Source: Chloroflexota bacterium (lineage in GTDB: Bacteria > Chloroflexota > Anaerolineae > J102). From it: a stretch of 64,000 bases of DNA. The stretch spans positions 13,234-77,233 of the forward strand of contig JAYRVO010000048.1 in NCBI GenBank assembly GCA_041918515.1, read 5' to 3'. The notes beneath the pieces were generated by a model, which searched no databases, had not been told where the DNA came from, and saw only the letters and a list, made by a program, of their open reading frames with translations. Of the stretch, positions 56,876-64,000 are shown in pieces; position 1 is the first letter of the stretch; the number at the start of each line of letters is the position of its first letter. The translations under genes were made by a program, and so were the position numbers.

Positions 56876-59800
56876 GTGAGCGAAGCCGGTCATTGCACGG
56901 ACCTTAGACCTCATTCGATTGTACGCAGTCCGCTCTTCCCCGAACCCGTACGCGTCATTCTTACGCAGCCGGTCGGCCCTGATCTCAAGCTGATCGGAAC
57001 GGGGATGGAGAGTGGCCAAACCTACCAGCCCATTCTCTCTGCCCAGCAGTTGGCCACGCTGCAAGTTTCGCCGGAACAGCAGCCTTTCGACGGGGATGCC
57101 AACCGCTTCAAGTGGGGCGTCGAGGCCTTACGCCTGGGTCTGGCCTACGAGTACGACCCCTACTTTGCCCTTTCCATTGCCCGCATCGATCCGCTGCCGC
57201 ACCAGCTCGAGGCCGTCTACCACCATTTCATCAAGTCCCCGCGCATTCGTTTCTTGCTGGCCGACGACCCGGGCGCGGGCAAGACGATTATGGCCGGGCT
57301 GCTCATCCAGGAACTGAAAGCGCGCGGGTTGATCAAGCGGATTCTGATCGTGGCCCCGGCCAACCTGACCTTCCAGTGGCAGCGCGAGCTGCGGGACAAG
57401 TTCCGCCAACAGTTCGATGTGGTGCGTGGAAGCGAACTGCGCTCGCACTACGGCGCCAATCCGTTCCAGGAGAAAGACCAGGTCATCACGTCCGTCTCCT
57501 GGGTCTCCCGCATCGAGGATGCCAACGACAGCCTCCTGCGCAGCCAGTGGGACCTGGTCATCGTCGATGAAGCCCACAAGATGAGCGCCTATCGCTCTGG
57601 AGCGGATGGCCGCGAGAACAAGACGCTGGCCTATCAACTCGGCGAAGCGCTCTCGCCGCGCACCGATCACTACTTGCTGATGACGGCAACGCCGCACAAG
57701 GGCGACCCGGATAATTTCAGTCTGTTTCTGCGTCTGCTCGACGAGGATGTTTACGGCGACATCAGCAGTCTGCAGGAAGCCATGCGCCGCCAGGAAGCGC
57801 CCTTCTACCTGCGCCGGGTCAAGGAAGCGCTCGTCACCTTTCCCGACCCCGACAGCGGGGAAGTGAAGACGCTATTCACCCGCCGCAATGTCCGCACGAT
57901 CGACTTCAAGATCGACGACGACGAATGGGATTTCTACATTGCGCTGACGCAATTCGTCGAAGAGCAATCGCTACGGGCTGCCTCCGAGGGCGGCGCCCGC
58001 GGCCGGGCCATCGGTTTCACCATGGCCATGTTGCAGCGGCGCTTCGCCTCCAGCGTCTATGCCGTGCGCCGCACGCTCGAACGCATGAAACGGCGTCGGG
58101 AGAAGATCCTGGCCGACCCGGAACGCTACCGCTGGGAGCAAATCCAGCGCAAGGTTCCCGATGACTTCGACGACCTCACCGAAGAGGAGCAAGAGGCAAT
58201 CCTGACCGATCTGGAGGAGGTCGTGCTCGCGGTCGATCCGGAGGCGTTGCGCGAAGAGATCCTGCAATTGGGGAAGCTGATCGACCAAGCCATCCGCCTG
58301 GAGGCCAGGGAGGTGGAGTCGAAGCTGATCAAGCTCAAGGAGACCATCACCCAGGAGGGAATCTTCCACGACGCCAAGATGAAGCTGCTCGTCTTCACCG
58401 AGCACAAAGACACGCTCGATTACCTGGCCGGGGACGGCAAAGAGGGTAGGCCCTTGGGCAAACTGCGGGAATGGGGGCTGAGCGTGACCACCATTCACGG
58501 CTCGATGCCCATCGGCGACCGCGACACCGCGGGCACGCGCCTCGCTGCCGAACGCGAGTTCAAAGAGACATGCCAGGTGATGGTGGCGACCGAGGCTGCC
58601 GGCGAAGGCATCAACCTGCAGTTCTGCTGGTTCATGATCAACTACGACATCCCCTGGAATCCGGTGCGGCTGGAGCAGCGCATGGGGCGCATCCACCGCT
58701 ACGGCCAGGAGAAAGATTGCCTGGTGGTCAATTTCGTGGCCAGCAACACGCGCGAGGGCGGGGTGATGCAGAAGCTGTTCGAGCGGGTGGCGGCTATCGA
58801 ACGCGACCTGGACCCCAAGGGCATGGGCACGGTTTTCAATGTGCTTGGGGACGTGTTCCCAGCCAACCAACTGGAACGCATGCTGCGGGAGATGTACGCC
58901 CGCAATCTGACCGATGACGTGATTCGGGATCGCATTGTGGAACAGGTGGACATCTCGCGCTTCCGGGCGATAACGGAGTCGGCGCTGGAGGGGCTGGCCA
59001 AACGCGAACTCAATCTCTCTGCTATCGTGGGCAAGCGCGCCGAGGCCAAAGAGCGGCGGCTGGTGCCAGAGGTGATCGAGGATTTCTTCGTGCGAGCCGG
59101 GCCGTTGGTCGGCGTTTTTCCGGGCGAGACGCCCCAGCCCCATGTCTATCGCCTCGGTCGCATTCCCCGCCCCCTCCTTCACAAGGGCGAAGCTCTAGAG
59201 CCTCGCTTCGGCAAGCTGGGGCGGGAGTATCGGCGCATCGCCTTTGCCAAGGAAATCCTGCGCGACGATCCCACCCTGGAGTGGGTGACGCCCGGCCATC
59301 CCCTGTTCGAGACCGTGCGCACTGAAATCTGGCAGCAAGCGCAGACCGACCTGGAGCACGGCGCCGTCTTTTACGATTTGAACCGCAGCCAGGCCAGCGT
59401 TCTGGACCTCTTCTCCGTGGCAATCACTGACGGCCGGGGACACACGCTGCATCGACGGCTCTTTGTGGTGGAAACGGCTCTCGATGGCGCCGTGACCATG
59501 CGCCAGCCCACCCTGTTTCTCGATCTCATCCCCGCTCCCACCGGCGCAGCCGCGCCTGACAGGGCAGAGATGCCGGATATCGGGGGCCTGGAGACAGCCC
59601 TTTATCAGGAACGGCTCAACGACTTTTTGGCCGAGGTGAAGGCGGAGCGCGAACATGAGATCGAAAGGGTGCGCCAGCATATCGAGATCAGTCTGGAGGC
59701 GCTCATCGACCGCCAGAATCTACGCCTGGCCGATCTGATCATGCGCCAAGAGGCCGGCGACGACGACCCGCTGCTGGCTGCCAATCTCAAACAAGCCGAA

Positions 59801-61039
59801 GACCGGCTCGACACCCTGGAGGCTCGCCGGGAGCGCAGGCGAACCGAACTGGAGCAGGAACGCCACTGCGCCATTGCCGGCATTCATCACCACGGGCGCT
59901 GCTGGGCGCTGCCGCATCCCGACCGCCAGAATCTGAACATCGCGCCCATGGTGCGCGATGACAACATCGAACGCATCGCCATGCGGGCGGCCATCGCGTA
60001 CGAGGAGGGGCGAGGCTGGCAGGTGGAGGATGTCTCGGCCGAAAACAAGGGCTTCGATTTGATCTCGCGCAGGTTCGGCAGCGCTGGCGGCAACATCCCT
60101 GTTGACTTGCGCTATATCGAGGTAAAGGGGCGGGCGCACGTGGGCCTGGTCTCGCTCAGCCAGCACGAATACGACACCGCCTATCGTCTGAAACAGGATT
60201 ATTGGCTGTACACAGTTTTCAACTGCGCCACCACGCCGGAGGTCTACGCCATCCGCAACCCGGCGCGCCTGCCGTGGGAGCCAATGCAGCAGGTCATCCA
60301 ATACCGGGTCAGCGCCGAGGCGCTGATGGACGAGGCGGCGCGGCAGGGCGGCCCCCTCAGCCCGGTGGAGACGGCGTTTCAGGCTGCCTGGCAGAGTCGC
60401 CTGGCCGACTTGGGCGAGTACAACATCCTGGTGGAGGGGCTGAGCGACAAGGTGTATCTGGAACTGGCCGCGCAGATGCATTTGGAGGCTACCGGCGTCG
60501 ACCTGTTGGAGGGCGGCCGCGTGCGCGTGATCGTCGGCCGCGGCACCAAGCGCTTTGCCCCCGACTTTGGGCTGCTGCAATCGTTGGAAGGGCGGGGGAT
60601 CAAGTTCGTGGCTATCCTGGACGGCGACGAGCCGGGCGCAATGGCTGCCGAAGCGATGAGCCGCTTTGGCGCCAAGAAGGGTCTCCACTTCTTCCAGTTG
60701 GAACGGCCTGACTACCGCGACAAGGCGGGCAAGAGTTGGCCGGTGGAGATCGAGGATATGTTGGCCTGGCGCTTGTTGGCGCAGTTCATCGCCGAGTACC
60801 CCGAGGCGGTCGAAGAGCGCTTCCAGCGCGGGGACGTGCACAAGGTGGTGATCCTGGGCAAGCCGGTGGAGCGGCAGGGCCAGACGTTCGACTATAAGAT
60901 GATGCTGGCCGAGTACGTGAAGCAGGTGGGGACCGCCGCAGACCTGGCAGGGTGCGCCGACCTGTTGGTCAAGGCGCGCAAGGCAATGGGGTTGCGAGCG
61001 CCGGATATCGCAGGTCGTGGGAAGGAGGGAAGTGGATGA
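56876..61039 (+). CDS. SNF2-family helicase fused to DUF3883-like (PD-(D/E)xK) and OLD-type Toprim modules
   Basis: This is ORF 56708..61039. Its first codons overlap the NUDIX gene and encode Cys/Ser-rich junk. The in-frame GTG at 56876 has AGGAAGG 5 nt upstream.
- Helicase motifs: LLADDPGAGKTIMAG (I), VIVDEAHKM (II, DEAH), LMTATPHKG (III), QRMGRIHRYGQ (VI).
- 59950-60270: GFDLISRRF...RYIEVKGR.
- 60417-60800: ILVEGLSDKVYL...AILDGDEPG. Confidence 0.8.
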   Translation: MSEAGHCTDLRPHSIVRSPLFPEPVRVILTQPVGPDLKLIGTGMESGQTYQPILSAQQLATLQVSPEQQPFDGDANRFKWGVEALRLGLAYEYDPYFALSIARIDPLPHQLEAVYHHFIKSPRIRFLLADDPGAGKTIMAGLLIQELKARGLIKRILIVAPANLTFQWQRELRDKFRQQFDVVRGSELRSHYGANPFQEKDQVITSVSWVSRIEDANDSLLRSQWDLVIVDEAHKMSAYRSGADGRENKTLAYQLGEALSPRTDHYLLMTATPHKGDPDNFSLFLRLLDEDVYGDISSLQEAMRRQEAPFYLRRVKEALVTFPDPDSGEVKTLFTRRNVRTIDFKIDDDEWDFYIALTQFVEEQSLRAASEGGARGRAIGFTMAMLQRRFASSVYAVRRTLERMKRRREKILADPERYRWEQIQRKVPDDFDDLTEEEQEAILTDLEEVVLAVDPEALREEILQLGKLIDQAIRLEAREVESKLIKLKETITQEGIFHDAKMKLLVFTEHKDTLDYLAGDGKEGRPLGKLREWGLSVTTIHGSMPIGDRDTAGTRLAAEREFKETCQVMVATEAAGEGINLQFCWFMINYDIPWNPVRLEQRMGRIHRYGQEKDCLVVNFVASNTREGGVMQKLFERVAAIERDLDPKGMGTVFNVLGDVFPANQLERMLREMYARNLTDDVIRDRIVEQVDISRFRAITESALEGLAKRELNLSAIVGKRAEAKERRLVPEVIEDFFVRAGPLVGVFPGETPQPHVYRLGRIPRPLLHKGEALEPRFGKLGREYRRIAFAKEILRDDPTLEWVTPGHPLFETVRTEIWQQAQTDLEHGAVFYDLNRSQASVLDLFSVAITDGRGHTLHRRLFVVETALDGAVTMRQPTLFLDLIPAPTGAAAPDRAEMPDIGGLETALYQERLNDFLAEVKAEREHEIERVRQHIEISLEALIDRQNLRLADLIMRQEAGDDDPLLAANLKQAEDRLDTLEARRERRRTELEQERHCAIAGIHHHGRCWALPHPDRQNLNIAPMVRDDNIERIAMRAAIAYEEGRGWQVEDVSAENKGFDLISRRFGSAGGNIPVDLRYIEVKGRAHVGLVSLSQHEYDTAYRLKQDYWLYTVFNCATTPEVYAIRNPARLPWEPMQQVIQYRVSAEALMDEAARQGGPLSPVETAFQAAWQSRLADLGEYNILVEGLSDKVYLELAAQMHLEATGVDLLEGGRVRVIVGRGTKRFAPDFGLLQSLEGRGIKFVAILDGDEPGAMAAEAMSRFGAKKGLHFFQLERPDYRDKAGKSWPVEIEDMLAWRLLAQFIAEYPEAVEERFQRGDVHKVVILGKPVERQGQTFDYKMMLAEYVKQVGTAADLAGCADLLVKARKAMGLRAPDIAGRGKEGSG

Positions 61040-61126
61040 TGCTCTTGTGCGGGATCGCCACGGACATGAATGTCCGGGCTATGGAACGGCGCCCGATGAA
61101 TCGGGCTGGGCGTGCAGGGATGCGCT

Positions 61127-61155
61127 TTGTCGGGTCAGGCGATTCGGAGTATACT
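61127..61155 (+). promoter_or_regulatory. possible sigma70-like promoter of the AbrB/PIN pair
   Basis: TTGTCG (61127-61132), a 17-nt spacer, then TATACT (61150-61155). AGAGAGGA lies about 10 nt before the ATG at 61206. GAAATTC/GAATTC half-sites flank the RBS. Confidence 0.3.
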
Positions 61156-61205
61156 GTCGGTGCAGATTTTCTGCCGGTCCCGAAATTCAGAGAGGATGAA
61201 TTCTG

Positions 61206-61484
61206 ATGGAAGCTACGATTCAGGTCCGCCAACGAGGCACCTTGACCCTTCCCGCCGAGTTGCGCGACAAGTACAGGATCGAGCCGGGCGACACCTTTCG
61301 CCTGGTCGACCTCGATGGTATTCTGGTGCTGACGCCCATGACCCCGCTGGCGCCGGAACTGGCGCGGGAGATCGAGCGCGCCAGGCTTGAGGCAGGTCTC
61401 AGCCTGGAGGATCTGCTGGTTGGCTTGCGCGAACAGCGTGAGCGCTATTATGCCGAAACCTATGGCGCGACCGGACCCGACTAA
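61206..61484 (+). CDS. AbrB/MazE/SpoVT-family antitoxin
   Basis: MEATIQVRQRGTLTLPAELRDKYRIEPGDTFRLVDLDGILVLTP is a SpoVT/AbrB swapped-hairpin motif. 92 aa. Confidence 0.75.
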   Translation: MEATIQVRQRGTLTLPAELRDKYRIEPGDTFRLVDLDGILVLTPMTPLAPELAREIERARLEAGLSLEDLLVGLREQRERYYAETYGATGPD

Positions 61485-61944
61485 GCCGCGTCTGGCCAGG
61501 CCTCGCGTCTTCGTCGATGCGGATGTCCTCTTTGCCGGTGCGGCCGCGCCTTCCGAGCAAGGCGCCAGCCTGATGGTGCTGCGTCTGGCCGAGATCACGC
61601 TGATCGACGCTATCGCCTCGCAGCAGGCAGTCACTGAGGCCGAACGCAACCTGGCAGACAAGCTGCCAGCAGTCCTGCCGGCTTTTCATTTGCTGGTCAG
61701 TCGCTGTCTGCAGGTCGTTCCCGATCCGCCGGCTTCGGACCTGGAAGTGTATCGGGGGCTGGCCGATCCCAAGGACCTACCGCTGCTGGCGGCGGCGCTG
61801 CGCGAGGGTTGTCCCTGGCTGGTGACCTTCAACCTGCGGCATTACCGGCCCGGTCACACCGCCGTGACCGTCCTGCGTCCCGGCGATTTCATCTTGCGGG
61901 TGCGCGACCGCCTGGTTCATTTGCACTCCGGCGCCCTGCCATGA
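61450..61944 (+). CDS. PIN-domain toxin (VapC-like)
   Basis: ORF 61387..61944. The start is probably ATG 61450 or 61462, which overlaps the antitoxin 3' end by 23-35 nt. The sequence reads RVFVDADVLFAGA...TEAERNL...ADPKDLPLLAAAL...LVTFNLRHY. Confidence 0.7.
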   Translation: MPKPMARPDPTKPRLARPRVFVDADVLFAGAAAPSEQGASLMVLRLAEITLIDAIASQQAVTEAERNLADKLPAVLPAFHLLVSRCLQVVPDPPASDLEVYRGLADPKDLPLLAAALREGCPWLVTFNLRHYRPGHTAVTVLRPGDFILRVRDRLVHLHSGALP

Positions 61945-61959
61945 AGCCGAACTGAAATC

Positions 61960-64000
61960 ATGACCCCCTACCCCAAACGCCTGATCGAGGTCGACCTGCC
62001 GATCAAGCGGATTTCCGCCCACGCCCGGCGGGAGAAGTCGATCCGCCACGGCCACATTTCCACCCTGCACATCTGGTGGGCGCGGCGACCGCTGGCCGCC
62101 TGCCGGGCGGTGATCTGCGCCGCACTGTGGCCGGACCCGGCTGACGAGCTCTGCCCGCCGGCGTTCCGCGAGGCGGCGACGCGGGAAATCCTCGCCTTTG
62201 CCCGCAAAGCCATGACCACCCGCAGCCTGGCCGACGGCTGCTCGCCGGAATCGATGGGGCGCTGGAACGCCTACGCCAAAGTCGACTATCGGCTCGATAC
62301 CGCCAACCCCGACCATCTCAACAACCTGCGCCACGCCCTGCTCGATTTCATCGCCGACTTCGCCAACTGGGACAACTCGACCAACCCGCACTTCCTGGCG
62401 ACCAGCCGCGCCCTGACCCAGGCGGCGCACGAGGCCCTGGGCGGCCAGCCCGGCACGCGGCCGCTGGTGGTGGACCCCTTTGCCGGCGGCGGGGCCATTC
62501 CCCTGGAGGCGCTGCGCGTGGGCGCCGACGCCTTCGCCAGCGACCTCAACCCGGTGGCGGTGCTGCTGAACAAGGTGGTGCTGGAGTACATCCCCAAATA
62601 CGGCAAGGCGGATCTGCGGATGAAGAACGCCGAGGGCGAGGAAGTGACTTTCCACGGCCTGGCCGCGGCCGTGCGCTATTGGGGCAACTGGATCAAGGAG
62701 CAGGCGGAGAAAGAACTGGCCCAGTTCTACCCCAAAGACCCGGATGGGGCCACGCCCATCGCCTATCTGTGGGCGCGGACGATCATCTCCGAGGCGCCAG
62801 GCGACAACACAGGCATCCCTGTGGAAGTACCGCTGATGAGCACGTTTTGGCTAGCCAAACCCAAAGGCCGGAATAAGGCCTTACGTTGGGTGCGAGATGC
62901 CCAAGGCTGGGTGCAGACTGAAATCGTGGAAGTGACGTATGCTGATGGCGTGACACGCAGGGTGCGCCGGCCGATACTGGAAATTTTCGAGCCGAAGACT
63001 GAGTCAGATGTGGAAGACGGTACAGTAGGTCGAGGGTCAGCTACTTGCCCTGTGACAGGCTACACCACGCCGCTGGAGTCGGTGCGCCGGCAGTTGAAGT
63101 CCCGCCGGGGCGGTGCCGACGACGCCCGTCTGTTTACCGTCGTTACCACCCGGCCTGATGTATCAGGACGTTCATACCGTTTGCCGAGTGTATATGACTT
63201 GAGAGCAGTCAGAGAGGTCAACACAGTACATAAATCTCTGAGTACTGAAGGACTCGACGAGACCCCCTTGTTTCCTGGCGAGTTGGTCGATAAGTACCAT
63301 CACGATGTCAATCGCCTCCCGATGTATGGCATGACCCGATGGGGGGATGCATTCACTCATCGTCAAGCGACCTCGTTGGTAGCAATCGCTTCAAATATAC
63401 GAAGGAAACTCTTCAAGAAAGAAATTGATGTCTACCTGGGTGTCATTCTTGCATTAGCCTTTGATAGACTGGCTGACTACAATAGTTCTGTTTGTAGATG
63501 GGTTGCCCGTGGCGAGTATTTGGGCAACACCTTCGGAAGACAAGCAATACAGATGGTTTGGGATTTTGCGGAAGTCAATCCGATGTCTGGCTCAACCGGT
63601 GATTGGGCAGGTGCAATTGAGTGGATATCAAAAGTGATTGAACGGGAATCAACGAGTCACCTGGGCGTCGCCTTTGTGTCAGCATCTAATGCAGCCGATC
63701 ATCCTTTACCTGATGACACCGCAGATGCGTTTGTTACCGATCCACCGTATTTTGATGCAATCGATTACGCGGTGATTTCCGATTATTTTTATGTATGGTT
63801 GAAGCGTATTCTTGTAAATGGTCTATCAGATTTTCTTTCAGGTGAATTAACTCCGAAAGATACACAGATTGTTGTGAATTCCACGACAACAAAAGGTCAC
63901 GGTACAAGGGACGAGGCGTTTTTTCGCAACTCCATGATGAAAGCAATGTACCATGGTCGAAGAGTAACGAAGGATGGCGGCATTGGCGTTGTGGTATTTG
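61960..64000 (+). CDS. DUF1156-type (COG1743-like) DNA methyltransferase, alpha-class motif order, 3'-partial
   Basis: The frame is open from ATG 61960 to the window end, so it is absent from the track (no stop). My translation reads MTPYPKRLIEVDLPIKRISAHARREKSIRHGHISTLHIWWARRPLAACRAV (DUF1156 hallmark). Motif I is VVDPFAGGGAIPLEA (about 62470-62515). Motif IV is TDPPYFDAIDY (DPPY at 63739-63750). Confidence 0.8.
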   Translation, partial: MTPYPKRLIEVDLPIKRISAHARREKSIRHGHISTLHIWWARRPLAACRAVICAALWPDPADELCPPAFREAATREILAFARKAMTTRSLADGCSPESMGRWNAYAKVDYRLDTANPDHLNNLRHALLDFIADFANWDNSTNPHFLATSRALTQAAHEALGGQPGTRPLVVDPFAGGGAIPLEALRVGADAFASDLNPVAVLLNKVVLEYIPKYGKADLRMKNAEGEEVTFHGLAAAVRYWGNWIKEQAEKELAQFYPKDPDGATPIAYLWARTIISEAPGDNTGIPVEVPLMSTFWLAKPKGRNKALRWVRDAQGWVQTEIVEVTYADGVTRRVRRPILEIFEPKTESDVEDGTVGRGSATCPVTGYTTPLESVRRQLKSRRGGADDARLFTVVTTRPDVSGRSYRLPSVYDLRAVREVNTVHKSLSTEGLDETPLFPGELVDKYHHDVNRLPMYGMTRWGDAFTHRQATSLVAIASNIRRKLFKKEIDVYLGVILALAFDRLADYNSSVCRWVARGEYLGNTFGRQAIQMVWDFAEVNPMSGSTGDWAGAIEWISKVIERESTSHLGVAFVSASNAADHPLPDDTADAFVTDPPYFDAIDYAVISDYFYVWLKRILVNGLSDFLSGELTPKDTQIVVNSTTTKGHGTRDEAFFRNSMMKAMYHGRRVTKDGGIGVVVF

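Noticed and set aside
54444-62655. Minus ORFs 54444..55649 (401 aa), 57971..59182 (403 aa), 59720..60841 (373 aa) and 61777..62655 (292 aa)
   Set aside because: They are antisense to purH, the SNF2 helicase and the methyltransferase respectively. All of those carry canonical motifs on the + strand.
56000-64000. Integrase, transposase or tRNA boundary for the putative defence island
   Set aside because: None was recognised in the window. The only boundary-like signal is the intragenic GC switch at about 62870. The island limits cannot be set from this window.

Overview
High-GC (about 65%) bacterial chromosomal window. No rRNA, tRNA, CRISPR array or transposase was recognised. The giant SdrD-B/DUF11-type surface proteins with short ...PLILRLR tails suggest a Chloroflexota-like organism, but that is inference only. 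All domain names come from motif recognition by eye, not from HMM searches.

The window falls into five blocks.

1. **1-23197, minus strand.** Two tandem giant secreted repeat proteins: A is at least 4230 codons and runs off the left edge, and B is about 3375 aa. An orphan copy of the B-type C-terminal tail lies at 23420-23506.
2. **23564-33205.** A metabolic cluster with two non-pyrrolysine MttB-superfamily genes. Each is translationally coupled to an oxidoreductase (saccharopine-dehydrogenase family; Mo-bisPGD enzyme). The cluster also holds a HAD hydrolase and a signal-less PhnD-like binding protein.
3. **33283-46367, mostly minus strand.** Housekeeping genes: lipoprotein, XDH/CoxLMS-type molybdoenzyme, Wzx-like flippase, DUF3054, FAH, AroD-like, TatA, and a PLD/HKD protein with three OB-like repeats.
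4. **46719-56042.** A purine cluster, purF-purD-(GH1 beta-glucosidase)-(small ORF)-purM-(low-GC TA-like cassette)-purN-purH. Its junctions carry an unusual family of hairpins built from inverted arrays of short (mostly 7-nt) units. One such array also lies inside the 5' end of the Mo-enzyme ORF at 30085-30267.
5. **56876-64000.** The best candidate for a novel system:
   - an SNF2 helicase fused to a DUF3883-like nuclease module and an OLD-type Toprim module;
   - an embedded AbrB/PIN toxin-antitoxin pair;
   - a DUF1156-type alpha-class DNA methyltransferase that runs off the window and switches abruptly from about 80% to about 45% GC mid-gene.

Most long ORFs on the strand opposite these genes are high-GC antisense shadows.
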